From assembly GCA_002430735.1 (NCBI GenBank), contig DJCV01000004.1:25747-87086 (forward strand): a DNA stretch of 61,340 nt. The letters run 5' to 3'. The DNA comes from Candidatus Woesebacteria bacterium UBA5941 (GTDB taxonomy: Bacteria; Patescibacteriota; Microgenomatia; UBA8517). The position numbers and the translations under genes were made by a program. A model generated the notes under the pieces. It was given only the letters and a program-made list of their open reading frames with translations, searched no databases and was not told the DNA's origin. Shown one piece after another: positions 44,100-54,486 of the stretch. Position 1 is the first letter of the stretch. Each line of letters begins with the position of its first letter.

Positions 44100-44891
44100 G
44101 TGACTGACAAAGAAGCTATCTCCGTTATTTATCATTCTCTCTTTAACTATTCATTGACGAATGAAGAGAAGGTCCGTTGGCACCCAGGGAATGCGCTCTC
44201 AATAGCTAAACGCAAAAAGAACGTAGTCGATAGAGAGATTAAACGAGAACCTGCTTTTTTGCAGGAGAAAAAGAAAGCGATCGCAGTGAACGCTGCTCGG
44301 ACCCTTTCCTTTATTCCAAGCATTCTGTTTATTGGGATCACGGGATCCTTAGCAATGAACAATGCGAAGAGAGAAAGCGATATTGATTTACTTATTATCA
44401 CAAGAAGCGGAACATTGTGGCCCACTCGATTCATTTCAGTAGTGCTCTTACTATTATTCGGATTTAAGCTGCGGCGTGCTGGGAATCGTGACGAGGCTGA
44501 TAAGTTGTGTTTAAACATGTGGCTAGATGAAACTCGACTCGATCTTCCACAGATGCCGCGCAATGCGTATACCGCTCACGAAATTGCACAGACGGTGCCA
44601 CTCATTAATAGAGATTATGTGCATGAACGATGGGTGACTCTCAATAAATGGATATTTGATTACTGGCCCAACGCGATACAGAGAGATGCTCACCAAAAGC
44701 CAGAAAGCCCTCAAACAACACTGTTTGATTTTATGCTTAACCTCCTAAACCCAGTCTTTTTTTATATGGAATATTGGTATATGAAACCAAAAGTGACAAG
44801 GGAGACAGTTGCTCTCTCTCTCGCCCTTTTTCATCCATACGATTGGGGGACACACGTAATTTCACTTCTAAAAAAACACGGAATAAAATAG
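44100..44891 (+). CDS. Nucleotidyltransferase-domain protein (pol-beta superfamily)
   Basis: GTG start. FIGITGSLAMNNAKRESDIDLLIITR is the GS...D.D minimal NTase motif. Confidence 0.6.
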   Translation: MTDKEAISVIYHSLFNYSLTNEEKVRWHPGNALSIAKRKKNVVDREIKREPAFLQEKKKAIAVNAARTLSFIPSILFIGITGSLAMNNAKRESDIDLLIITRSGTLWPTRFISVVLLLLFGFKLRRAGNRDEADKLCLNMWLDETRLDLPQMPRNAYTAHEIAQTVPLINRDYVHERWVTLNKWIFDYWPNAIQRDAHQKPESPQTTLFDFMLNLLNPVFFYMEYWYMKPKVTRETVALSLALFHPYDWGTHVISLLKKHGIK

Positions 44892-44900
44892 TCGCTTTTT

Positions 44901-44929
44901 TTTACAAAACACGACTTCAGTGGTATAAT
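44901..44929 (+). promoter_or_regulatory. Sigma-70-like promoter TTTACA-N17-TATAAT with TGn extension
   Basis: TTTACAaaacacgacttcagTGgTATAAT, 47 nt upstream of ATG 44976. SD-like AGAGGAG lies in between. Confidence 0.6.
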
Positions 44930-44975
44930 GTTCGTGAAATATCAAACTAAATAAAGACCTTAGAGGAGCCAAGGA

Positions 44976-45347
44976 ATGCAGACGCAAACAGCTTCACTAC
45001 AGCCAGTTATCATCGAATCCTTAACATCATTTAAAGCGCAGTTGTCTCACCCAGACAATTATTTCATTGTACTCATCAAGCACGATCAATCGAGTGCTGA
45101 AGCACTCTATTTGTGCGAGTGTGCAAGTGAAAAATTTGTCCTGATTCAGCTCGCCTCGAGTGCGGAATTGCCCGCAGTACCTGAGTCAGTCACCACTGAT
45201 TTAAGTCATCTAAAAAACGGGCGGCGCAATCACAGGATCGATGGGTTTGAATGGCTGTGTCTCGATGGTTTAGGCGGCCCCCCGTTAGTCACGTTAGTGC
45301 GATATATCACCCAAGGTGTTCCTATATGGAACAGCTACACCCACTAA
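44976..45347 (+). CDS. Hypothetical protein
   Basis: 123-aa ORF bracketed by a good promoter and a good terminator. No recognisable motif. Confidence 0.5.
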   Translation: MQTQTASLQPVIIESLTSFKAQLSHPDNYFIVLIKHDQSSAEALYLCECASEKFVLIQLASSAELPAVPESVTTDLSHLKNGRRNHRIDGFEWLCLDGLGGPPLVTLVRYITQGVPIWNSYTH

Positions 45348-45359
45348 TTCTTGGTGGAC

Positions 45360-45389
45360 GACGGAGCTTACCGAGCTCCGTCTTTTTTT
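45360..45389 (+). terminator. Rho-independent terminator
   Basis: GACGGAGCT-taccg-AGCTCCGTC followed by TTTTTTT. Confidence 0.8.
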
Positions 45390-45400
45390 GTATCACGATC

Positions 45401-45430
45401 TTGACACTTTTGATTTTCATTTACTAAAAT
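45401..45430 (+). promoter_or_regulatory. groESL promoter TTGACA-N18-TAAAAT
   Basis: cTTGACActtttgattttcatttacTAAAAT, directly upstream of the CIRCE-like element. Confidence 0.6.
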
Positions 45431-45442
45431 AGCAATCGAAAG

Positions 45443-45469
45443 TTAGCAATGCCGCTTGACGAATGCTAA
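45443..45469 (+). promoter_or_regulatory. CIRCE-like inverted repeat (HrcA operator)
   Basis: TTAGCAATG-ccgcttgac-GAATGCTAA compared with the consensus TTAGCACTC-N9-GAGTGCTAA. The 9-9-9 spacing is exact, with arm matches of 7/9 and 8/9. Confidence 0.65.
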
Positions 45470-45495
45470 TTTTTCGCTTATAAATACTAGTGTCT

Positions 45496-47428
<1,933 letters not shown>

Positions 47429-47482
47429 ACTTCAGTTAAACCAAGGGTTGTGTTTCGTATTCTCTTTTATATAAAATGAGTT

Positions 47483-48262
47483 ATGCCTGCCTCTCGAAAA
47501 AGAATCCGCCCTGTTATTGAAGAAATTGTAGAAACTCCAAAACCTGTTGCTCAGACGCCAGAACACCACGAGCATACACACACGCACGACCATTCACATG
47601 GACGTGGTCGTACCGCAGAAGAAGTTGTAGAAGCCCCTACCCCACAGCCAGAGCCGTTTGTTGAAACGGTACATGAGGTTGCAAGGTATGATGAACCGGT
47701 AAGTGAAGCAGATAAGATGAATGCTGAAGCTGCTGCAAAACGGCTTATTGGTCATGAATTTGAACGGGAACATGAGTATCGTGAAACGAAAACCAACTTA
47801 AAGCTTATTTTTCTCGTCACGATAATCACGGCATTAATCGTTGGATTCATTGCAGGTGGTGTGTACGTGTATATGACTGGTGTTTCAAACAATGTAGTGA
47901 CAGAGGAATCTCCAACACCGGCTCCTTCAATGACCGTCGCATCAACTCCAACCCCAACCCCAACCCCGAAGCCTGTTGTTGATTTAGGAACATATTCAGT
48001 AACGGTATTAAACGGGAGTGGTGTTATTGGCGCAGCTGGAAAAGTGAAGACGTCAGTTGAGACTGCTGGCTTTAAGGTTTCAACTACTGGAAATGCGGCC
48101 AACTATAACTTTAATTCGACAGTCATTGAGGTGAAGGAAAGTGTGCCAAGCGAGGTTGTTACAAAGCTGAAAGAGTCATTGAAAGACTATGTTGTTGAAG
48201 AAGGTGAGAATTTGTCAACAAGCAGCAAATTTGACATCGTTATCACTGCAGGGAAAAAGTAA
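47483..48262 (+). CDS. LytR_C-domain membrane protein with His-rich N-terminus
   Basis: HHEHTHTHDHSHGRGR, a TM segment LIFLVTIITALIVGFIAGGVYVYM, a P/T linker, then YSVTVLNGSGVIGAAGKVKTSVETAGFKVSTTGNA (LytR C-terminal domain). Confidence 0.65.
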   Translation: MPASRKRIRPVIEEIVETPKPVAQTPEHHEHTHTHDHSHGRGRTAEEVVEAPTPQPEPFVETVHEVARYDEPVSEADKMNAEAAAKRLIGHEFEREHEYRETKTNLKLIFLVTIITALIVGFIAGGVYVYMTGVSNNVVTEESPTPAPSMTVASTPTPTPTPKPVVDLGTYSVTVLNGSGVIGAAGKVKTSVETAGFKVSTTGNAANYNFNSTVIEVKESVPSEVVTKLKESLKDYVVEEGENLSTSSKFDIVITAGKK

Positions 48263-48970
48263 TTAGAACTTTGGAAGCAAACGCAGTGGATTAATCGGTA
48301 CTCCATTTTCTCGTACTTCAAGATGCAAGTGAGCTCCGGTACTTCGACCAGTTGATCCCACATGTCCAATAACGGTATCCATAGTAACCGCATCTCCTTG
48401 TTTTACGTTAATTTTGCTCAAATGAGCGTACAAAGAAGAGAATCCCTGACCGTGATTGATAAGGACTGCATTTCCGTACCCAACTGGTGAGTATTCAGCA
48501 GCCTCAACGGTTCCAACCATGATTGATTTAACCGGGTCTCCTTTTGTTCCTTTAAAGTCAATTCCAGGATGGTAGGTAAAATACCCTTGATTAATATGCA
48601 TAACAGCAAGTGGAGCTTGAATTCCATGCTCAGTTTTAAGCTGAATAGGGGTAGTTGAGGTATTAATGCTTACATTTCCACTATTAAAGTTACTGGTATA
48701 GGCGGGAAGCACGTTTGGAAGCATAGTACCTGCGATTGCAGCTACAGCCAAGTTTCTTCCCAAGACACGATTTAGGTTGTCATGCTCAAACATGTGTCTA
48801 AAGAATCGAGAAATCTTGTTTCCATTTCGCCAGCTTTTTAAGTCTTTGAGGCGAGGAATGAAGGTTTTTTCTTCCACAGGAGCACTGTCGCGCCGTTTGA
48901 CCATATTAAGGTCGATACGGTACCTCAGGGGCAGATTGAGGGAAAGTTTACTCATAGTTCGCCTCGACAT
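48263..48970 (-). CDS. M23-family peptidoglycan metalloendopeptidase
   Basis: HPGIDFKG...GTVEAAEYSPVGYGNAVLINHGQGFSSLYAHLS...IGHVGSTGRSTGAHLHLEV shows the HxxxD and HxH motifs. Confidence 0.85.
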   Translation of the reverse strand: MSRRTMSKLSLNLPLRYRIDLNMVKRRDSAPVEEKTFIPRLKDLKSWRNGNKISRFFRHMFEHDNLNRVLGRNLAVAAIAGTMLPNVLPAYTSNFNSGNVSINTSTTPIQLKTEHGIQAPLAVMHINQGYFTYHPGIDFKGTKGDPVKSIMVGTVEAAEYSPVGYGNAVLINHGQGFSSLYAHLSKINVKQGDAVTMDTVIGHVGSTGRSTGAHLHLEVRENGVPINPLRLLPKF

Positions 48971-49148
48971 AAGAGGCGTATTATGGGCGTTTGGAGGGCA
49001 AATCCAAGGTCAAAAAGAAGCTCTAATTGAGCTTCACGAAGAGAATTATGCCTTAAATAACACGAAAAGTCAAGTTTGGTAGACTAAAAATGAAGTGTAT
49101 TCACCTACTAATTGATGAGTACTGTATTATACAAAATAAGGAGTTTTA

Positions 49149-50711
49149 ATGAAATTTCAACAACTGGTATTACACTTAAAGAACGGAATATTTAGGCACC
49201 GAGTACCGCTGATCAGCCTTCTGCTAATTGGATTTTTCGGAATGAGGGCACTACTCACCAATGAGCTCTTCACTGCACACGACATTTGGCACCAAGTTGC
49301 ACGCTTGTATTGGTACAACGAATCAGTTTCAAGCGGTGTCTTTCCTCCTAATTGGGTGGCTTCTCTCGCAAATGGATTAGGATATCCACTGTTTGTATTT
49401 AGTTATCACACTCCGTGGATTGTAGGGCTTGTATTTTTAAAACTCGGATTAAGTATCCCAGCAACCATTAATGCGTTGTTTGTTTTTTCATACGTTGTAT
49501 CAGGACTTGGAATGTATTGGGCGAGCGTACTCATTTCTAAAGACAGATATATTGCCTTTATTTCTGCTGTTTTATATTTGCTTGGACCGTGGAGATTTGT
49601 CACGATTCTCGTGTCAGCCGCGATGGGTCGTTCGTTCATACTGTTACTGCTCCCATTTATAGTTGTCAGCATTTATTACATATCTCAAAAGAAATACCAG
49701 TGGGGAGGTGTCTTCTTTTTTGCGCTAATAATGTCTGCAATTATTCTTTCTCACTTAATTTCAGCGATGACTGCGCTGCTTATCATCTTGCCCGCTATTG
49801 TGTACTTTAAGCCGAAACGGAGAATGATCTTTTGGTCTATGATTCTGACTGCACTCCTGACTGCATGGTATGTACTTCCAATTGTCTCCCTGAGTAAGCA
49901 AATACAGGTGTCATCAGAGCCATTCAACATGCTTTATCAAAATCAGTTTATTAGCGTTAAGCAGTTGCTGTATTCCAAGTGGGGATACGGAATAGTAAAC
50001 AACTCGGCCACAGAAGGTGCATTCTCATACCAGTTTGGGTTTGCTCAGTGGGTTGTTGTTGCCCTTACTTTTTTTCTCGCTTTACAACGAAAGTATCGAA
50101 ATTCACCTGAAGGTCGTTTTGCATCGATGCTCTTTTCAGCACTCATATTCTCTCTCTTCTTAACCACTGATCTTTCAAAGCCATTGTGGGATAGCTTACA
50201 CACACTAACAACTTTTGATTATCCAACTATGTTTCTCATGCCGGCATTAGTTCTGTCATCGCTTCTTATTCCTTTTGTCTTGAAAAATGTGAGGGCTTCA
50301 AATCTGGTAGGAATCGCTCTTCTTATTCTTGCAGTATTAAACACCAGAAATTACATGCGCGTTAACCAGTACTTTGAAAGAGATGTGCATGAGATTGTTG
50401 AAAGCGAGACAACAACCAATAGCTTTCATGAATACTTACCTAAAAGTGCAAATGCTACGGTTTTAGGAAAACCACTCTCTGAAGTGGAAGGGGACGGAGT
50501 CCGAGATATCTTTGTAAGAAAGACAGTCCGTTTCGCTGACTATCGCTTTTCTGTGACAGCTCCTGAAACCGTGACTCTCAAGACATTGTACTTCCCGGGC
50601 CTTCGGGTTGTAGTGAACAACAAGATCGTTACTCCGTCTGTTTCAGATGATGGTCGGATTAGTCTGCCACTTACTGAAGGATTTCAACAAATTATGGTAA
50701 CGTATGAATGA
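49149..50711 (+). CDS. Large polytopic membrane protein, possibly a GT-C-like glycosyltransferase, with C-terminal extracytoplasmic beta-rich domain
   Basis: 520 aa with about 11 TM segments, then a soluble ~130-aa C-terminus. SD AAGGAG upstream. No diagnostic motif seen. Confidence 0.4.
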   Translation: MKFQQLVLHLKNGIFRHRVPLISLLLIGFFGMRALLTNELFTAHDIWHQVARLYWYNESVSSGVFPPNWVASLANGLGYPLFVFSYHTPWIVGLVFLKLGLSIPATINALFVFSYVVSGLGMYWASVLISKDRYIAFISAVLYLLGPWRFVTILVSAAMGRSFILLLLPFIVVSIYYISQKKYQWGGVFFFALIMSAIILSHLISAMTALLIILPAIVYFKPKRRMIFWSMILTALLTAWYVLPIVSLSKQIQVSSEPFNMLYQNQFISVKQLLYSKWGYGIVNNSATEGAFSYQFGFAQWVVVALTFFLALQRKYRNSPEGRFASMLFSALIFSLFLTTDLSKPLWDSLHTLTTFDYPTMFLMPALVLSSLLIPFVLKNVRASNLVGIALLILAVLNTRNYMRVNQYFERDVHEIVESETTTNSFHEYLPKSANATVLGKPLSEVEGDGVRDIFVRKTVRFADYRFSVTAPETVTLKTLYFPGLRVVVNNKIVTPSVSDDGRISLPLTEGFQQIMVTYE

Positions 50712-51382
50712 TGATATCCATTCAAGATCTACCAACCACTGAGATATCGATAGGGTCTAAAAAGTATCCAAAGCAGCTCCTTGACCTTGAAGATCCGCCT
50801 GAAATGCTTCACGTTCGTGGTCATTTCAATATAAATATTTTTGAAAACACGCTCGCGATAGTAGGTAGTCGGGATATGACACCATACGGGGCTCGAGTTA
50901 CCGACTGGCTCGTCAAAAGACTTGTTCCTCATGGGATATCTACTATTTCAGGGTTCATGTATGGAGTAGATACGCGTGTTCACACGACAACTCTGGCTGT
51001 AGGTGGAACTACTATTGCAGTTCTTGCTCATGGATTAAACCATCTGTACCCGACAGAAAACAAGAAACTGTATACCGATATTATTCAATCGAAAGGCTGT
51101 CTTATTTCAGAGTACCCAAATGAATTTAAACCTGAAGCCTGGACATTTCCGAAGAGGAATAGAATTGTTGCAGCACTGGCGGGATTGGGAACTGTAATTG
51201 TTGAAGCTCAAGAGCAAAGTGGTAGCTTAATAACTGCTCAATATGCTGATGCACTGAACCGACCATTGTTTGCAATCCCGGGACCAGTCTCATCTATTAC
51301 TTCAAGAGGAACCAATAGACTTATCAAGGATCGTATTGCAGAAATGGTCCTAAGTCCTGAAGAAGTTCTGAGAGTGGGTTAG
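50708..51382 (+). CDS. dprA: DNA processing protein DprA/Smf, Rossmann-core-only short form
   Basis: LAIVGSRDMTPYG...GVDTRVHTTTLAVGGTTIAVLAHGLNHLYPTENKKLY...FPKRNRIVAALAGLGTVIVEAQEQSGSLITAQYADALNRPLFAIPG. Confidence 0.85.
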   Translation: MMISIQDLPTTEISIGSKKYPKQLLDLEDPPEMLHVRGHFNINIFENTLAIVGSRDMTPYGARVTDWLVKRLVPHGISTISGFMYGVDTRVHTTTLAVGGTTIAVLAHGLNHLYPTENKKLYTDIIQSKGCLISEYPNEFKPEAWTFPKRNRIVAALAGLGTVIVEAQEQSGSLITAQYADALNRPLFAIPGPVSSITSRGTNRLIKDRIAEMVLSPEEVLRVG

Positions 51383-51621
51383 TTAGAAGAAGGTTCTTTA
51401 TGAGGAAGATCTAAGTGTGGCGCATGCATTTTTACTTCCTTACTTCCACAAATTCTACATTCAAGGGGATTGGCATCAGTCTCACATCGTTTACAAAGGT
51501 ATACACCATCTATTTCTTTAATTTCGTCATGAGAACAGACATTGCATAAAAAGACGACATCATCTTGAGAAACCTCACCATCATTTGGACAAGTGAATGT
51601 TACTTTTGTATTCTCTTCCAT
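51379..51621 (-). CDS. Small multi-CxxC zinc-ribbon protein
   Basis: 80 aa with C-x14-CNVC-x13-CKRC-x8-CRIC. Its 3' end overlaps the dprA stop by 4 nt (convergent). Confidence 0.45.
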   Translation of the reverse strand: MEENTKVTFTCPNDGEVSQDDVVFLCNVCSHDEIKEIDGVYLCKRCETDANPLECRICGSKEVKMHAPHLDLPHKEPSSN

Positions 51622-51651
51622 GTGCTCATTCTATCATATTGAAACGTGATT

Positions 51652-51726
51652 TGGAGGCCAGAGCGGGAATCGAACCCGCGCATAGCGGTTTTGCAGACCG
51701 CGGCGTTTCCACTTCGCCATCTGGCC
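51652..51726 (-). tRNA. tRNA-Cys (anticodon GCA) with encoded CCA
   Basis: Hand fold of GGCCAGATGGCGAAGTGGAAACGCCGCGGTCTGCAAAACCGCTATGCGCGGGTTCGATTCCCGCTCTGGCCTCCA. It gives a 7-bp acceptor stem, anticodon stem GCGGT/ACCGC with loop CTGCAAA, T-arm GCGGG-TTCGATT-CCCGC, and discriminator U. Confidence 0.9.
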
Positions 51727-51788
51727 AATGACGTTTTCAAAACTGGTGTATTGTATCAAATTTGAGGGAACCACCAAGAGTATCTACT

Positions 51789-52538
51789 CTATCGCATGAA
51801 AAAATTTATTGGTTGATATGCTCGTATTGGTTTACCCAGAAGCAGGCGAACAAGGAGAAATAATACACCAATTGCAACAGTTGCAGTCACAAAACCCCAA
51901 TTAAAAACGCCTACGGATGAATTCCAATACATAAATGTTAAAAAGAAGGGGAGTGAGCAGAGGACTGCGAAAATATATATCAAGTACGTGCCATTTCCAA
52001 TGGTTGCAAAGATAAACGCAGATCCCGCGAGCAAACCGGTGACAAATAAGAGGGGAGACTGATCAAGTGATCCGCTTAACCCGAGCGCCTGTTGCATTAA
52101 GGCTACATTCCAAAACGCTAAAAAGTAACATACTTCAAAAATCGCGTGACTGAGTGGGCCATGGAGAAATCGAATCGTTTTCTTGAAGTATTGCCACTGT
52201 CGGCTTTGCGGGGCTGAAAAATGCTCAATCAAAATGCAAGTGATATACATTCCACCACCATAGAGAGCAATTCCCAGAAGCAGTATTTGGAATAAAAAGT
52301 ATCTGAATGCTGATCCTGTTAATGGGCCTGCAATGTCAACAAATGAAAGCATGATAAGAGAATGGAAGAGAGTGATCGCTGCCATAAGTCCCATATGCAG
52401 TAGAACAACCTTAAAAATATGTCTTCGTGAGTACGAAAAATCCTTTTTTGTCATATGTGCACGAAGAAAGAGGTAGAGGGGGGTAGTTAGAGCACCAAGA
52501 ACTGACAACGTAATTAGCAGAATTTCATACGTGGGCAT
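51789..52538 (-). CDS. Hypothetical integral membrane protein (about 7 TM)
   Basis: 249 aa, hydrophobic throughout. No recognisable motif. Confidence 0.5.
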   Translation of the reverse strand: MPTYEILLITLSVLGALTTPLYLFLRAHMTKKDFSYSRRHIFKVVLLHMGLMAAITLFHSLIMLSFVDIAGPLTGSAFRYFLFQILLLGIALYGGGMYITCILIEHFSAPQSRQWQYFKKTIRFLHGPLSHAIFEVCYFLAFWNVALMQQALGLSGSLDQSPLLFVTGLLAGSAFIFATIGNGTYLIYIFAVLCSLPFFLTFMYWNSSVGVFNWGFVTATVAIGVLFLLVRLLLGKPIRAYQPINFFMR

Positions 52539-52729
52539 ACGTAATTGTATAAAAAATACCGTGTCATTACTTCAGTAAAATTAAAATAGAGAAGCGGAGG
52601 AGGTGATATAGTGTGATATAGTTTTGTGAAATCCTTTTGTGAAAACGTTGTCATTAGGACACAGTCAGTGCTAATGATAGTAAAAACATGCATTTATGTG
52701 ATTTGTGTAGTAAGTAGTGACGATTTACA

Positions 52730-53566
52730 ATGCAGACAGTGTTGAAAAAAAGAAATCGTATCCTACTTCTCTCGGCGAGCGCAGCAGTTATTCTTACGGT
52801 AATACTAGTTATTATTATAGGACAAAATAGAACAAAAGCCGAAGTTAGGATCGAATCAGAACCGGATGCTGACGTATACATAAACGGCAAGCACGTAGGA
52901 GTAACGCCTGTGACATACGAAAGTGAAATACTCAAACCCATACTAAAAGTCGTTCCAAAAGATAAGAGTATTGGGCACCTCCCCTACGAGACCGCACTCT
53001 CCCTCACTCCCCAAACTAAAACTATTGTGCGACGCAAGTTTAATGTAAATGCGGCTCTTTCAACAACTCAAGTATTGGCTCTTAAAAAAAGCCCATTTAA
53101 TGAAGCTTTTATCAATATTGTTACAAACCCTGAATCTGCTGCGATTTTTATCAATAATGAATATGCGGGCAATTCCCCACTCCATATAAGTAAGCCTGCA
53201 CAGACTTACTCGATTCAACTTGTCCATGATGGGTATCAAGCGCTCCATTTGTCGCTCAAAGCAATTACGGGATACGAAGTGACTGCCTACGTTGATTTAG
53301 GAAAAATGGAGCCTAAAGATGTTAAAGCTCCGAATCGAACTCAAGTTGTGACTATCTTGACCACTCCAACAGGATTTTTGAACGTACATGAAGGCCCTCA
53401 AGAGAATTCACCTCAAATTGCTCGAATTGCCCCAGGAAGAGAATATCCATTTGAGGGATATTCTGCGAAAAGCGACTGGTTGCAGATATTGCTAAACGCT
53501 TCACAGTCAGGGTGGGTTTCCAGCCGATATGCGACTGTTAGCGGTTATATTGCTACCCCACCGTAA
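52730..53566 (+). CDS. Membrane-anchored protein with two PEGA domains and a C-terminal bacterial SH3 domain
   Basis: TM ILLLSASAAVILTVILVIII. PEGA-like segments VRIESEPDADVYINGKHVGVTPVTYE and INIVTNPESAAIFINNEYAGNSPL. SH3b-like LNVHEGPQENSPQIARIAPGREYPFEGYSAKSDWLQILL...GWVSSRY. Confidence 0.65.
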   Translation: MQTVLKKRNRILLLSASAAVILTVILVIIIGQNRTKAEVRIESEPDADVYINGKHVGVTPVTYESEILKPILKVVPKDKSIGHLPYETALSLTPQTKTIVRRKFNVNAALSTTQVLALKKSPFNEAFINIVTNPESAAIFINNEYAGNSPLHISKPAQTYSIQLVHDGYQALHLSLKAITGYEVTAYVDLGKMEPKDVKAPNRTQVVTILTTPTGFLNVHEGPQENSPQIARIAPGREYPFEGYSAKSDWLQILLNASQSGWVSSRYATVSGYIATPP

Positions 53567-54486
53567 AAGATAAACATAACGATACCAATCCAGATGACTG
53601 ATGAGGCAATCAGTCCTGGATCTGTAAGGAGTACTTTTTCTGGAGCCTCGGTTTTATCCTGAAAGATGAGCGCTTCATATCTCATAATGCCGAAAATTAC
53701 GACAGGAATTGTTACCATGAGCAGTTTATTGACAGTGGTCGCACGCGATATTTCTGAAAGAAACAACCACAATGGCTGAGCTGCCCGCGGACTCTCAAAA
53801 AAGGTAAATAATGCCCAGCTTAACCAAGCCGAATTTGCAAACATGGACACATATGAATTCAATGTGTCTTTCGTATATTTAGAAAGGCTTTTTCTCGTCT
53901 GACTACTACTCCCCCCGGTTGCTCCAAACTCAGATCTCCGTTTTCCAGATGCGAGAAATAGCGATGTTGCGACAACACATAATAGAAACCAAACCGATAA
54001 GTGTGCATCGATAATATATGCTCCGGCATACACTCGAATCACAAAGCCGCTCGCAATTAATATAATATCCACAACGGCTAAGTGCTTTAAATACAGTGAA
54101 TAAGCGAACTGAATGCTTAAGTACAAAATCAGAAGTAGTGCAAAGAAGTCAGCGATGCTGAGAGCAAGGACGAGTCCAACAATAGCTAAACCAGCACTAT
54201 ATGTAATGGCCAACGTTGGATCAATTCTCCCTGCGGCAATTGGACGATTCTTTTTCGTTGGATGTTGCTTGTCGCGATCTCGATCTAAAATATCATTAAA
54301 GACGTACGAAGCTGATGTTACAAGGTTAAACGCAAGAAACGCTTCAACGACAACGAGAAAAAGTCCTCGTTCAAATAAAAGCCCAGAAAAAATAAGAGCT
54401 GCAAAAACAGCCAAATTCTTCACCCAGTGAACCGGACGGGCTAATTTTATTAAATCAATAATTATTTGAAACGAGTTTTTCCCCAT
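53545..54486 (-). CDS. UbiA-family prenyltransferase, decaprenyl-phosphate phosphoribosyltransferase (DPPR synthase)-like
   Basis: LARPVHWVKNLAVFAALIFSG...YVFNDILDRDRDKQHPTKKNRPIAAG (NDxxDxxxD). 313 aa with about 8 TM segments. Confidence 0.7.
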   Translation of the reverse strand: MGKNSFQIIIDLIKLARPVHWVKNLAVFAALIFSGLLFERGLFLVVVEAFLAFNLVTSASYVFNDILDRDRDKQHPTKKNRPIAAGRIDPTLAITYSAGLAIVGLVLALSIADFFALLLILYLSIQFAYSLYLKHLAVVDIILIASGFVIRVYAGAYIIDAHLSVWFLLCVVATSLFLASGKRRSEFGATGGSSSQTRKSLSKYTKDTLNSYVSMFANSAWLSWALFTFFESPRAAQPLWLFLSEISRATTVNKLLMVTIPVVIFGIMRYEALIFQDKTEAPEKVLLTDPGLIASSVIWIGIVMFIFYGGVAI

